From Nitrospira sp. (GTDB lineage Bacteria; Nitrospirota; Nitrospiria; Nitrospirales; Nitrospiraceae), in the NCBI GenBank assembly GCA_047150005.1, contig AP038806.1, forward strand, positions 2,496,001-2,560,000: a stretch of DNA of 64,000 nt. The letters are read 5' to 3'. Shown here in pieces: positions 41,510 to 52,126 of the stretch; positions within the stretch are counted from its first letter, which is position 1, and each line of letters opens with the position of its first letter. Made by a program: the position numbers and the translations under genes. Below the pieces are notes generated by a model. The model did not search any database and was not told the origin of the DNA. It saw only the letters and a list, made by a program, of their open reading frames with translations.

Positions 41510-42160
41510 GTGGCCGATCGTGCCGTCGGCGTCCCCGTCGCCAAAGAAGGAATTCCCTTCATCGCGGTTGCCGCCGGCGGTACACTGGCGGCGGGATGGA
41601 TGGGCTGGACCGTCATAGCGGGGGCGGCCGGACTGTTGACCCTTTTCATCTCGTGGTTTTTTCGCAACCCCCCTCGGACTATTCCTCAGGGATCCCGGCT
41701 CGTGGTCGCGCCGGGCGACGGGAAAGTCATCGCCGTCGAAGAGGAGTTTGAACCACGCTACCTCAAGGATCGCAGCATTCGCGTCACGATCTTCTTGAAC
41801 GTGTTCGACGTGCACATCAATCGGATCCCGTGTGAAGGAATCGTTGAGAATGTGCAGTATCAACCGGGACAGTTCCTGGTAGCCAGCAAACCCGAAGCGA
41901 CGATCAAGAATGAACAGAATGCCGTCATGATCAAGACCGTACAAGGCGCCAAGGTTCTCTGTGTCCAGGTCGCCGGCTTGATCGCCAGACGGATCATCTG
42001 TTGGGTCTCGCCGAAGGACCGGGCCGTGTTGGGTGAGCGGTTTGGGTTGATTCGGTTCGGATCTCGTATGGACACGTTCCTCCCGATAGGGTCCGTGATC
42101 AAGGTCGCCCTCGGCGATCGTGTGAAGGGTGGGGAGTCCATCCTAGGAGAATTGCCATGA
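41510..42160 (+). CDS. psd: Phosphatidylserine decarboxylase proenzyme
   Basis: FFRNPPR, DVHINR and FGS pyruvoyl site; GGAGG RBS before GTG 41510. Confidence 0.92.
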   Translation: MADRAVGVPVAKEGIPFIAVAAGGTLAAGWMGWTVIAGAAGLLTLFISWFFRNPPRTIPQGSRLVVAPGDGKVIAVEEEFEPRYLKDRSIRVTIFLNVFDVHINRIPCEGIVENVQYQPGQFLVASKPEATIKNEQNAVMIKTVQGAKVLCVQVAGLIARRIICWVSPKDRAVLGERFGLIRFGSRMDTFLPIGSVIKVALGDRVKGGESILGELP

Positions 42161-42960
42161 AGACCACTGCACTGCGCCAATCGTTTGCCAAGGGTGGAAA
42201 GCGTCATAAGGCGGCGATGCACTTGATTCCGAACCTGTTCACGACGGGAAACCTGTTCTGCGGCGTATTTGCGATCCTGTCGGTCTTCAACGCGAACTAC
42301 CTGGCCGCTGCGATCGCGATTTTGGTGGCGATGGTATTTGACGTTCTTGACGGCAAATCCGCGCGCCTGACGAACAGCACCAGCCACTTCGGCCTGGAAT
42401 ATGATTCGCTCTCCGACGTGGTGTCGTTCGGCGTCGCTCCCGGACTGCTCATCTACTCATGGGCGCTCAGCGGTCAAGGCACGTTCGGTATTGCGGTCAT
42501 GTTCGCCTACGTGGCGATGGGTGCGGTTCGTCTCGCGCGCTTCAATGCCACGGCAACCGTATCCGATGGCAAATATTTCACGGGATTGGCGATACCAGCC
42601 GCCGCGGGCGTCGTTGCCTCCTTGGTGATTTTCGATCATCACGTCGTCCGAACCGGATCGGAAATCAAGCCGATCCTGGTGCTGGTTATCACCCTGATCT
42701 TGTCTTTCCTGATGGTCAGTACGATAAAGTATCGGAGTTTCAAAGACTTGAGGTTCCGAGGCGGTCGCCATATCACCTATCTGGTATGGGGCATTTTGAT
42801 CGTGGTGCTGGTAGCGGCCTGGCCTCAGGTTATGCTATTTGTAATCTTCGCGGGGTATGCTTTGCTCGGTCCCGTCGAGCGGCTGATCACGTTGGCGGCG
42901 AGGACGGGAAAACAGATGCATTCGAAAAAGGAGCAGCCGGCAACCGAATCAAAGAGCTAG
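42157..42960 (+). CDS. pssA: CDP-diacylglycerol--serine O-phosphatidyltransferase
   Basis: IPNLFT, DVLDGKSAR...G..YDSLSD and RLARFN motifs. Confidence 0.93.
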   Translation: MKTTALRQSFAKGGKRHKAAMHLIPNLFTTGNLFCGVFAILSVFNANYLAAAIAILVAMVFDVLDGKSARLTNSTSHFGLEYDSLSDVVSFGVAPGLLIYSWALSGQGTFGIAVMFAYVAMGAVRLARFNATATVSDGKYFTGLAIPAAAGVVASLVIFDHHVVRTGSEIKPILVLVITLILSFLMVSTIKYRSFKDLRFRGGRHITYLVWGILIVVLVAAWPQVMLFVIFAGYALLGPVERLITLAARTGKQMHSKKEQPATESKS

Positions 42961-43210
42961 GGCGACGACGAGGAGTAGTAAGCCATCCGTCGAATCAAGA
43001 GAGCTGGTGGGCGGTGCAAACCAGTTTCGACGACGCTGAACTCGCCTCCGAGCCAGGATCCATGAAACACGGGTAGTGGATTCCGCCTTGCCCCCGTAAG
43101 GGCTGAATGAAGGATCTGGATAGCAGTATCCAGGTCGAATCAGGGTGGTACCACGAAGCGCGTCAAGCCTTCGTCCCTGTGTTCGAGGGGCGGAGGCTTT
43201 TGTCTTTTTT
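42961..43210 (+). ncRNA. T-box riboswitch, Leu specifier (CUC)
   Basis: Stem I with AGUA, AGAGA and GGUG boxes; GAA-CTC specifier at 43041-43043; T-box AATCAGGGTGGTACCACG at 43138-43155; antiterminator partner CGTCCCTG; terminator AAGCCTTCGTCCCT/AGGGGCGGAGGCTT plus T-run. Confidence 0.93.
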
Positions 43211-43211
43211 C

Positions 43212-43399
43212 AAGCTGCTGAAAAAGCCTTCCTGCTACGTACTCAGTCGTTCGAACCCCTCGATGTGGGGGCTGGTTCCTGGAGGAAAGGTACCTACCCG
43301 CTCGCATGTGATCGAAGCGAGCGGTTCAAGCGAAGCTTGGGATGTACCTCCTCGGGTTCTTACTCCTTGCGGCCTTGCCGGAAGGATTTTGAGCAGTTG
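43212..43399. mobile_element. MITE-like / interspersed palindromic element in the leuA leader
   Basis: Imperfect ~20-bp terminal inverted repeats (CTGCTGAAAAAGCCTTCCTGC ... GCCGGAAGGATTTTGAGCAG); internal hairpin CCGCTCGC/GCGAGCGG; no credible ORF. Confidence 0.6.
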
Positions 43400-43417
43400 T
43401 CAGGTGGAGGTGATGCG

Positions 43418-44965
43418 ATGACCCGTATGATCAGGATTTTTGATACAACTTTACGCGATGGAGAGCAATCTCCCGGGGCCAGCATGAACGTCGAAGAAAA
43501 AGTCATGGTGGCGAAGCAGCTGGCGCGCCTGGGTGTCGACATCATTGAGGCGGGATTCGCCTACAGCTCTCCCGGGGATTTCGAAGCCGTGCATCGGATT
43601 GCCCAGGAAGTGGAAGGTCCGACGATCTGCAGTCTGGCCCGTGCCCGCCCCGAGGATATTGAACGAGCCTGGGAAGCGCTGAAGGGTGCGCCTAAGGTGC
43701 GCATCCACACGTTTCTTTCGGCCTCGGACATCCATTTGAAGCATCAATTCAGAATGACGCGGGAAGAGGCGAAGAAACGGGCGGTGGCGATGGTCCAACT
43801 GGCCAGGAGCTATGTCGAGGATGTCGAATTCTCTCCAATGGACGCCAGCCGCTCTGATCCTTCGTACCTGTATGAGGTCATTGAGGCCGTCATTGCCGCG
43901 GGCGCCGGCACGATCAACATTCCCGACACCGTAGGGTATGCGGTGCCGCAAGAGTTCGGCAAGCTCATCCGGGGAATCCGTGAAGCCGTACCCAACAGCA
44001 GCCGGGCCGTGATTTCAGTGCATTGCCACAATGACCTTGGATTGGCGGTGGCCAATAGCTTGGCGGCCGTCATGGAAGGGGCCGGTCAGGTGGAATGTAC
44101 GGTCAACGGCATCGGTGAGCGTGCCGGCAATACGTCGTTGGAAGAAGTCGTGATGGGATTGCGAACGAGGAAAGATTGGTATCAGGCGGATACACAAATC
44201 CGAACGGAGGAGATCTCGAAGACCAGTCGGTTGGTGAGCAAGACCACCGGCATGGTCGTGCAACCCAACAAGGCCATCGTCGGCGCAAATGCCTTCGCGC
44301 ACACGTCGGGCATTCATCAGGACGGCCTGCTGAAAGACAAGACCACGTACGAAATCATGAGGCCGGAATCGGTCGGCTTGGTCGAGAGCAAGATGGTGAT
44401 GGGTAAACTATCGGGGCGTCACGCGTTTCGTCAGCGGATCGAGGAACTGGGACATACGCTGACGGATGAGGAGATCAACCACGCCTTCGAGCGGTTCAAG
44501 AAGTTGGCGGACCAGAAGAAGGAGATCTACGAAGAAGACCTTGAGGTCATCGTCTCCGAAGAATTGGCCAAGATGGCTGATCGGATCACGCTGAAATCGT
44601 TTCGCGTCGAAAGTGGAACCAATCAGGTGCCGACCGCGACCGTCGAACTGGAAATCGACGGGAAAGCGGTCACCCGTACCGGTACCGGGGACGGACCTGT
44701 CGATGCAGTCTATCGGACCATTGCCGCCATCACGTCGACCAAGAGCACGTTGTTGATGTATGTGGTCAAAGCCATTACGGGCGGGACCGACGCGCAGGGA
44801 GAAGTCTCCGTGCGGGTGCAGGAAGACGGTCGAACCGTATCAGGGCACGGAGCCGACACCGACATCATTACCGCCTCTGCCCGCGCGTACCTGAGCGCGT
44901 TGAATAAACTGGCGTATCTGCGGGCCAAACAGGTGCAGGGCGAGCAGAAAGTGAACTTGATTTGA
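43418..44965 (+). CDS. leuA: 2-isopropylmalate synthase
   Basis: [20 protein letters not shown] and GERAGN motifs; C-terminal regulatory domain; GGAGGTG RBS. Confidence 0.97.
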   Translation: MTRMIRIFDTTLRDGEQSPGASMNVEEKVMVAKQLARLGVDIIEAGFAYSSPGDFEAVHRIAQEVEGPTICSLARARPEDIERAWEALKGAPKVRIHTFLSASDIHLKHQFRMTREEAKKRAVAMVQLARSYVEDVEFSPMDASRSDPSYLYEVIEAVIAAGAGTINIPDTVGYAVPQEFGKLIRGIREAVPNSSRAVISVHCHNDLGLAVANSLAAVMEGAGQVECTVNGIGERAGNTSLEEVVMGLRTRKDWYQADTQIRTEEISKTSRLVSKTTGMVVQPNKAIVGANAFAHTSGIHQDGLLKDKTTYEIMRPESVGLVESKMVMGKLSGRHAFRQRIEELGHTLTDEEINHAFERFKKLADQKKEIYEEDLEVIVSEELAKMADRITLKSFRVESGTNQVPTATVELEIDGKAVTRTGTGDGPVDAVYRTIAAITSTKSTLLMYVVKAITGGTDAQGEVSVRVQEDGRTVSGHGADTDIITASARAYLSALNKLAYLRAKQVQGEQKVNLI

Positions 44966-45026
44966 CGGGGGACGCACGGTAGAGTGATCGACTCACTGAG
45001 CCTTGCCGCGGAGAGGGGAGCGGTCC

Positions 45027-45389
45027 GTGTTGAAGGTCACGCTTTCGGAGCGTCCGGAATTTTTGGCCGGAGACCATACCCGACTTCGCGAAATCTTCCA
45101 CCCAGCCAAGCATCATCTGCAACTGGGATATAGCCTCGCGCACGGGACTCTGGGACCAGGCCAGCGCTCCAAGCGGCACGTCCTGAAGTCGTCCGAGGTG
45201 TACTACTTTATTGCCGGCAGAGGGCGATTTCTACTCAATAGCCGGGAGGTGCCGGTCGAAGCAGGCACGACGCTATATGTCCCGCCAGGCGGCGAGCAGT
45301 CACTGGAGAATACGGGGGATCAAGCGATCGAATTTTTGTGCCTGGTTGATCCGGCGTGGAAAGTGGAAGACGAGCAGGTGGTGGAGTAA
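45027..45389 (+). CDS. Cupin domain protein
   Basis: [14 protein letters not shown] and LYVPPG..QSLENTG motifs. Start is GTG 45027 or TTG 45030. Confidence 0.8.
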   Translation: MLKVTLSERPEFLAGDHTRLREIFHPAKHHLQLGYSLAHGTLGPGQRSKRHVLKSSEVYYFIAGRGRFLLNSREVPVEAGTTLYVPPGGEQSLENTGDQAIEFLCLVDPAWKVEDEQVVE

Positions 45390-45417
45390 TGCCTGTCAGC
45401 CAAAGGAGTCGAATGAC

Positions 45418-46491
45418 GTGAAAGCCAAGATTGCGGTGCTTGCCGGTGACGGTGTTGGTCGAGAAATTGTTCCCGAAGCGGTCAAAGCGCTGAAGGTCGT
45501 GGCGGAAAAATTCGGCCACACGTTCGAATTCGCCTATGGCGACGTGGGAGGGCAGGCGATCGACAAAGTCGGAGTGCCTCTGCCGCAGGACACCTTGGCC
45601 ATGGCCAAACAAAGTGATGCGGTGCTGTTGGGTGCCGTGGGCGGCCCCAAGTGGGAAGGGCTCGAGTATAGTTTGCGACCCGAACGTGCGCTGCTTGGGC
45701 TTCGCGAACAGCTCGGACTGTTTGCCAATCTTCGGCCGGCCAAGCTGTATGATGTCCTGGCTGATGCGTCCACCCTCAAGAAGGAAGTGATCGAGGGAAT
45801 CGACATCTTGGTAATCCGTGAATTGACCGGCGGAATCTACTTCGGCAAACCGAAAGGGATCGAGGCTCTGCCGAACGGCGGTGAGCGCGGGGTGAACACG
45901 GAAGTCTATACGACGGAGGAGATTCGTCGAATCGCCAGAGTAGCGTTCGAAGCGGCCCGCAGGCGGCGCAAGAAAGTGACTTCCGTGGACAAGGCCAACG
46001 TCCTGGAATCATCGGAACTCTGGAGGCGGGTGGTGATCGAGGTGCAGAAAGATTTTCCCGACGTGGAGCTCAATCACATCTATGTCGACAACGCCGCGAT
46101 GCAGTTGGTCAGAAATCCGAGGCAGTTCGACGTCATGCTCTGCAACAATATGTTCGGCGACATTCTCAGTGACGAGGCCGCCATGCTGACGGGATCCATC
46201 GGCATGCTGCCGTCGGCGAGCATCGGCGCGCAGGTCGGCCTGTTTGAACCCATTCACGGCAGCGCCCCCGACATTGCCGGCAAGAACATCGCCAACCCGA
46301 TCGCGACCATCGCATCAGCTGCCATGTTGCTGTCGTATGCGTTCAAGCTGGACCGGGAGGCCCAGGCAATTGAAGAGGCTATCGTGAAGACGCTGGATCT
46401 GGGGTATCGCACGAAGGACATCCATAGCGCCGGTGCTCGGCTTGTCGGAACCACGGACATGGGTGAAGCCGTCGTTCGGAACCTCAAGTAA
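45418..46491 (+). CDS. leuB: 3-isopropylmalate dehydrogenase
   Basis: [26 protein letters not shown] and HGSAPDIAG motifs. Confidence 0.97.
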   Translation: MKAKIAVLAGDGVGREIVPEAVKALKVVAEKFGHTFEFAYGDVGGQAIDKVGVPLPQDTLAMAKQSDAVLLGAVGGPKWEGLEYSLRPERALLGLREQLGLFANLRPAKLYDVLADASTLKKEVIEGIDILVIRELTGGIYFGKPKGIEALPNGGERGVNTEVYTTEEIRRIARVAFEAARRRRKKVTSVDKANVLESSELWRRVVIEVQKDFPDVELNHIYVDNAAMQLVRNPRQFDVMLCNNMFGDILSDEAAMLTGSIGMLPSASIGAQVGLFEPIHGSAPDIAGKNIANPIATIASAAMLLSYAFKLDREAQAIEEAIVKTLDLGYRTKDIHSAGARLVGTTDMGEAVVRNLK

Positions 46492-46505
46492 TCCGGGACG
46501 ATCTG

Positions 46506-47714
46506 ATGCGTACAGAAATGAAGCCAAAGACCGGCGTTATCAACACGGTTGCCGGGATGGGGGACGGAGCGATGTCGGGCGACGGCGGTCCCGGCGTAGC
46601 GGCTTGTCTGAACGAACCGAAATCGGTGGCCTTCGACGGCCATGGTAATCTCATCATCGTAGATTCGGAGAACCATGTTATCCGCAAGCTCGACCGGGTG
46701 AGCGGAGTCATCGTGACGGTCGCAGGCTGTACCGAACCGGCACAGCGTCGAGCAGAGGAGGTCCAGTCCGACGGCAAAGGGACCTCCGGCGATGAGGATC
46801 CGTTGGCGGAGCAGACTTCTGGCCATGAAGCATTCGCGCACCAGACCGATTTGAGCGGGACCGTCCGGTACGTCATCAACAGCGGAGGACCGTCGATGCG
46901 ATTCGGCGGCGATGGCGGCCTGGCCATCAAGGCGTTGCTGAATTTTCCTACGGCAGCCGCCGTCGATGCGGCTGGACATTTGTATATTGCCGATACCATG
47001 AACCATCGGATCCGGCGAGTCGATGCAGACTCAGGTCGAATCACCACGATCGCTGGGGTGGGGCAACCTCGATTTAGTGGAGACGGCGGGCTGGCGGCCT
47101 CGGCGGGCCTGAGTGAACCGAGCGCCCTTGCTATAACCGATTCGTCGATACTCTATGTAGCGGATCAGAACAATAACCGGGTCAGAGCCATAGATCTTCG
47201 TACGGGCCTGATCCGGACGGTCGCCGGAACCGGCGCTGCAGCATACAACGGGGATGGGATTCCTGCCATCGAGGCGGCATTGGCGGGTCCGAGCGGTCTG
47301 GCCGTCGGAGTGGACGGCACCCTGTTTATTGCCGATACCTTCAACGGCCGAATTCGCTCCGTCGATCCCAGTACCGGTACAATTCAGACCATCGTCGGAG
47401 ACGGAGGGATGTATCGTTACCAGGGGGCAACTGAGCCCGCCTCGACCAGCTTGGCCCGGCCGTATGGAATTGCGCTGGACGCCGAAGGCCATCTCTTCCT
47501 CTCTGATTCAGACAACCATCTCATCCGGCGGTGGGATCGTGCAACAGGTCGCCTGGATCGTCTGGCGGGGATAGGGATGGCCACGTACGGAGGGGATGGA
47601 GGATCGGCGCTCGACGCCGGTCTGAATTATCCTTTCGGGATTGCCGTGGCTGCAGATGGAGCGCTGGTCATCGCCGACACCTTTAACCATCGGATTCGTG
47701 AAATTGTCCTGTAA
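46506..47714 (+). CDS. NHL-repeat beta-propeller protein
   Basis: Repeated GDGG..A..A.L..P...A.D..G.LYIADT.NHRIR units. Confidence 0.88.
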   Translation: MRTEMKPKTGVINTVAGMGDGAMSGDGGPGVAACLNEPKSVAFDGHGNLIIVDSENHVIRKLDRVSGVIVTVAGCTEPAQRRAEEVQSDGKGTSGDEDPLAEQTSGHEAFAHQTDLSGTVRYVINSGGPSMRFGGDGGLAIKALLNFPTAAAVDAAGHLYIADTMNHRIRRVDADSGRITTIAGVGQPRFSGDGGLAASAGLSEPSALAITDSSILYVADQNNNRVRAIDLRTGLIRTVAGTGAAAYNGDGIPAIEAALAGPSGLAVGVDGTLFIADTFNGRIRSVDPSTGTIQTIVGDGGMYRYQGATEPASTSLARPYGIALDAEGHLFLSDSDNHLIRRWDRATGRLDRLAGIGMATYGGDGGSALDAGLNYPFGIAVAADGALVIADTFNHRIREIVL

Positions 47715-47726
47715 CCGACGGAGTGC

Positions 47727-48749
47727 ATGGTGAAGAAGAAATCGAAGTACGTCCTGGGCATTCTCGGTGCGACGGGAGCTGTGGGAAAGGAAACGCTGGA
47801 CATTCTCGATGAGCGAAAATTTCCTCTGGAAGCCTTGCGGCTGTTTGCGTCAAAACGATCCGCCGGTGAAGTGTTGTCCTGCCAGGGGCGGGAGTGGAAA
47901 GTGGAGGAATTGACGCCGGATGCCTCTTTCGCCGGAATGGATATTGCCCTGATTTCCGCGACGGATGCCATCAGTCGCGAGTACGGAGCCCGGTTGAGCG
48001 CGGCCGGTGTTCTCGTCATCGACGATAGCGGAGTCTTCCGCATGGAAGACGACGTCCCGCTCGTGGTTCCAGAAGTGAATCGGCACGCGTTGAGGTCGAT
48101 GCCCCGCCGAATCGTGTCGATTCCAAACTGTACGACGACGCCGTTGGTCATGGCGCTGAAGCCACTGCAGGAGGCGGCTGGAATCAAGCGGGTTGTGGTT
48201 ACGACGTTCCAGTCCGTTTCCGGGACCGGGGCGGCGGCGATGGACGAACTGATGAATCAGACCAGAAACCTCATGGCTTTTCGTGAGGTCAAGGCGGAGG
48301 TGTATCCATATCAGATCGCCTTCAATCTGTTGCCGCATATCGGATCGTTCAACGAGGGTGGTGATTGTTCCGAAGAGATCAAGATCATGCGGGAGACGAG
48401 AAAAATTCTGGAAGCACCCGCGCTCCGTCTCACCGCTACGACCGTGCGTGTCCCGGTGCTGCGATGTCATTCAGAGGCCATCAATGTGGAGTTGGAGCGT
48501 CCTCTGAAGCCTCATGACGCGAGGGCAGCGTTGGCCGAGATGCCCGGGGTGCTGATATACGATGATCCGTCGAGAAAGCTTTACCCGATGCCGTTGGATG
48601 CCACTGGGAAGGACGACGTGTTCGTCGGCCGGATCAGGGAAGACGAGTCAACTGCCAACGGATTGAATCTCTGGGTGGTTTCGGACAATCTGCGGAAGGG
48701 AGCCGCTCTCAACGCCGTACAGATTGCCGAGTGCTTGATGGAGCACTGA
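47727..48749 (+). CDS. asd: Aspartate-semialdehyde dehydrogenase
   Basis: GATGAVG, PNCTT, QSVSG and DNLRKGAALNAVQI motifs. Confidence 0.96.
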   Translation: MVKKKSKYVLGILGATGAVGKETLDILDERKFPLEALRLFASKRSAGEVLSCQGREWKVEELTPDASFAGMDIALISATDAISREYGARLSAAGVLVIDDSGVFRMEDDVPLVVPEVNRHALRSMPRRIVSIPNCTTTPLVMALKPLQEAAGIKRVVVTTFQSVSGTGAAAMDELMNQTRNLMAFREVKAEVYPYQIAFNLLPHIGSFNEGGDCSEEIKIMRETRKILEAPALRLTATTVRVPVLRCHSEAINVELERPLKPHDARAALAEMPGVLIYDDPSRKLYPMPLDATGKDDVFVGRIREDESTANGLNLWVVSDNLRKGAALNAVQIAECLMEH

Positions 48750-49003
48750 TGGCGGAATGGGTAAACCTCGGGAAAGTGCTGCTTGGGGTCGGCGCGCTCA
48801 TCGCGTTGGCGGGGGTGCTTTTGCTAATCTCCGACCGCGTGCCCGGCCTCGGGAGCGTTCTTAGTCTGTTCGGGCGCCTGCCGGGGGATATCTCCTTCAA
48901 GCGAGACAGTTTCAGCCTCTATATCCCTCTCGGCACCAGCCTTGTGCTCAGCATCCTCCTAAGTTTGGTATTCTATCTCCTGTCATGGATGCTTCGCCGT
49001 TGA
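48749..49003 (+). CDS. DUF2905 family small membrane protein
   Basis: GRLPGDI...YIPLGTS motif. Confidence 0.85.
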   Translation: MAEWVNLGKVLLGVGALIALAGVLLLISDRVPGLGSVLSLFGRLPGDISFKRDSFSLYIPLGTSLVLSILLSLVFYLLSWMLRR

Positions 49004-50220
49004 TCCCGATACGCCGATGGAGTGTGGCGATCGTGCTCGGGATCGCACTGACCCTCGATACGACGTCGCTGCAGGCCGCGCAATCCTTGCGCGTTCTTCT
49101 TGCGGCCGATGTGGTGAAGCTCGACGTCCAGTCGAATGGTTCCGTCTGGGTGTCCGATTCCACTCGCCACGGGAGGGCAGTCCGACCGCTCATTCGAATC
49201 GTGCCGTCCGGAAAGGGGTTTGCCGTCAATGGCGTCCGGATGATGCGCGAGCAATTGACGTTACAAGGGGAGCAGGGATTGACACTCACCTTTGTCACAT
49301 CGGACGGAACTGCGGGCGCGGCGGAGCGGGGAATGATCAAGACGGCGACGATCCAGCGTGTCACGGTTCCCGTGAGCGGCCTTGTGCACGTCATTCGGCG
49401 AGGCGGGGGCGCTTTGGTCATCAATCAGGTTGACTTGGAAGAATATGTCAAAGGTGTCGTTCCGGCGGAGGTGAACTCGTCCTGGCATCCGGAAATGCTC
49501 AAGGCGCAGGCGGTGGCGGCCAGGACCTACGCACTGTACCAGCAGATGCTCAGTGCCAGCCGTGACTACGATGTCGTGGCCAGCGTGCAGGACCAGGTTT
49601 ATCGTGGGAAGCAGGGCATCGATAGGGCGGTATTGAAGGCAGTCGAAGAGACGAGAGGGTTGGTGCTCACGTACCAGGGGGCACCGATTTACGCGGCTTT
49701 TTCCTCAACCGCTGCCGGCCTGACCGAAGATGCGGTCAATGTGTGGTCCAAGGACTATCCTTATCTCAAGGGAGTCGAATGTCCCTTTGATCTCGCCTCT
49801 CCCTATTACCAATGGACGGCTTCGTTCCGGAGAGAACTGCTCGAGCAGAATCTTCGCCAACAGGGATTCCCGGTTGGGACCGTCACCGCGCTGACTCCGT
49901 CGTCGTTTAGTCGGGGTGGGCGGGTCGCGACTTTGCGTGTCGTCCATACGGAAGGGGAGCTCATATTACGGGGAGAAGAGTTACGCAAGGCTGTCGGGTA
50001 CATGGTGATCCCGAGCACGCAATTTACGGTCGAGTCCGTGGAGTCGGAGATCGTCCTGTCCGGTTATGGAGCAGGTCACGCGGTCGGGATGTGTCAATGG
50101 GGCGCCAAAGAGTTGGCCGAGTTGGGCTATCCCTTCTCCACCATCTTGAGCTATTATTATCCCGATACGCAATTGCAAGACATGGCGTTGACGAAGGCGC
50201 CGATCCCTCCCTCCTCTTGA
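48985..50220 (+). CDS. SpoIID/LytB domain protein
   Basis: LEEYVKGVVPAE, LKAQAVAARTYA and GHAVGMCQWGA motifs. Confidence 0.92.
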   Translation: MDASPLIPIRRWSVAIVLGIALTLDTTSLQAAQSLRVLLAADVVKLDVQSNGSVWVSDSTRHGRAVRPLIRIVPSGKGFAVNGVRMMREQLTLQGEQGLTLTFVTSDGTAGAAERGMIKTATIQRVTVPVSGLVHVIRRGGGALVINQVDLEEYVKGVVPAEVNSSWHPEMLKAQAVAARTYALYQQMLSASRDYDVVASVQDQVYRGKQGIDRAVLKAVEETRGLVLTYQGAPIYAAFSSTAAGLTEDAVNVWSKDYPYLKGVECPFDLASPYYQWTASFRRELLEQNLRQQGFPVGTVTALTPSSFSRGGRVATLRVVHTEGELILRGEELRKAVGYMVIPSTQFTVESVESEIVLSGYGAGHAVGMCQWGAKELAELGYPFSTILSYYYPDTQLQDMALTKAPIPPSS

Positions 50221-51254
50221 TGCAGGTCGCGGAGTTCGATTTTCCTTTTGATCCGACGCTCATTGCGTCCGAACCCATCCTTCCGCGGGATCAGGCAAGG
50301 CTATTGGTCTTGTCGCCGAGCCATCATTCGCATCAGTCGATGATGCACCGTCGAGTCGCGGATCTCCCTTATCTCTTGACTCCCGGTGATCTGATCGTCG
50401 TCAATGACACGAAAGTGTTGCCGGTTCGTCTTTCAGGCCGAAAACAGCCGGCGGGGAAACCCGTCGACATCCTGTTCGTCCGAGAAGTCGCGGAGCGTCT
50501 ATGGGAGGTCTTAATCAAAGGCCGGCTCCGGCCGGGTCAGAGAATCGACTTGGGGTCCGATGGCGGCGTCGTGGTTCAGTCACGGGACAATGTTCGGACG
50601 GTGGTCCGTCTCGATTGCCCGATGTCGCCGCGTGAATTCTTCGCACGCTGGGGCATGATGCCGCTCCCACCATACATCAACCGGCAACCCGACAATATGG
50701 ATCGCGAGTGGTATCAAACCGTGTTCGCCCAGGAGGAAGGAGCGATTGCGGCGCCGACTGCCGGGCTTCACTTTACGCCGGAACTGTTGGCCCGACTCAA
50801 CCAAGCGGGGGTGGGCGTGGCGAGGGTTACCCTGCACGTGGGCATCGGGACGTTCAAGCCCGTCACGGCTGACCATGTCGAGGATCATCGGATGGGTTCG
50901 GAATGGTTCGAGGTCGGACCGGAGACGGTCCAGGCCATCGAACACGCCAAGGAGAGAGGCGGAAGGGTCGTGGCGGTCGGCACGACCGTCGTGCGCGCGT
51001 TGGAAACGGCGGCCTCTCGGCAAGACGGATTGCGTCCCGAACGGGGAGAGACAAGCCTCTTCATCACCCCCGGATTCTCCTTTCGAGTCGTCGATGCTCT
51101 GATGACCAACTTTCATCTCCCCAAGACGACGCTGCTCATGCTGGTGTCGGCCTTTGCCGGGACGTCATTGCTGCGCCGAGCCTATGATGAGGCCGTCCGA
51201 GAGCGATACCGGTTCTACAGTTACGGAGACGCCATGCTGATACTGAAACCTTGA
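50220..51254 (+). CDS. queA: SAM:tRNA ribosyltransferase-isomerase
   Basis: PLPPYI, YQTVFA, AAPTAGLHFT, TNFHLP and FYSYGDAM motifs. Confidence 0.96.
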   Translation: MQVAEFDFPFDPTLIASEPILPRDQARLLVLSPSHHSHQSMMHRRVADLPYLLTPGDLIVVNDTKVLPVRLSGRKQPAGKPVDILFVREVAERLWEVLIKGRLRPGQRIDLGSDGGVVVQSRDNVRTVVRLDCPMSPREFFARWGMMPLPPYINRQPDNMDREWYQTVFAQEEGAIAAPTAGLHFTPELLARLNQAGVGVARVTLHVGIGTFKPVTADHVEDHRMGSEWFEVGPETVQAIEHAKERGGRVVAVGTTVVRALETAASRQDGLRPERGETSLFITPGFSFRVVDALMTNFHLPKTTLLMLVSAFAGTSLLRRAYDEAVRERYRFYSYGDAMLILKP

Positions 51255-51427
51255 CGGTGTCAGTCGATGGTGTCGTCGTCCGGTCCCGGTTGTGTTTGGT
51301 CAGGCCCTTGCCAATTTACAGAGCTCAGGATGAAATGCGATTTCCCGCCAACCGTCGGCGTCCAAGTCGACGAAGAAGCACGGTTCGTCACGATGGGAGA
51401 TATCCAAATATCCGAGGAGGATCGCCG

Positions 51428-52126
51428 TTACAGCAGTTCGCGATGAATCGTAATGGGGATGGTGGCCTTCAAGGATTGCGTGTACGCCGTGAGCGCGCGC
51501 TGCTGCTTTTGAAACAACACGTCCTGAATGGCACGATCCTTCGCAGCCGCCGCCTTGGCGGGGTCGGACTCGGGTTGCCTGATCGTGAGCGCCTGCGCTT
51601 CGGCCAACTCGGCGGGTGTGAGCGTGACCGCTTCGCTGATCATCATTCTCGCCCGATTGCCGAGCAGTTCCTTGGCTTCGATGGCCTCGAAAAGCGCAGG
51701 CGTCAGGTGATTGGCCGCCAGAAGGCGTTGATAGAGGTCGGGGTCGAAGACTCCGTTTTTCTGAAAATCCGGAATCTGCATGATCGCATCACGGAGATCC
51801 GCGTCGCTCACGGTCAACCCCATGTTCTTAGCCGCCACGAGCCAGACTCGATTGTCGATCAGTTGCTCGACCACGACCTGCTTAATGGTCTCGTCTTTGA
51901 ACTCACCTGGCAGCTTGTCCTTGTAAAATCGGTACGAATTCTCATAGGCCCGCCTGAACTCGTCATGGGATACCGTGAGATCTCCGACGGCCGCCACAAC
52001 CGAGCCGTGCTGGTCTCCGAACCCCCACCACCCCATCGTGATCACGAAGGCGACGGCCAGAATTCCCATGATCGACTTGAGCAACCACGGATAGTTGTGG
52101 GAGGCCTCTCTCATCAACTTGATCAT
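51428..52126 (-). CDS. SurA N-terminal domain protein (PpiD-like chaperone without PPIase domain)
   Basis: N-terminal TM, VAAVGD, GLTVSDADLRDAI..IPDFQ.NG.FD. Confidence 0.8.
   Translation of the reverse strand: MIKLMREASHNYPWLLKSIMGILAVAFVITMGWWGFGDQHGSVVAAVGDLTVSHDEFRRAYENSYRFYKDKLPGEFKDETIKQVVVEQLIDNRVWLVAAKNMGLTVSDADLRDAIMQIPDFQKNGVFDPDLYQRLLAANHLTPALFEAIEAKELLGNRARMMISEAVTLTPAELAEAQALTIRQPESDPAKAAAAKDRAIQDVLFQKQQRALTAYTQSLKATIPITIHRELL

Noticed and set aside
43145..43417. N-terminal extension of LeuA in the ORF track
   Set aside because: It runs through the T-box terminator and the repeat element; LeuA homology and the RBS start at 43418.
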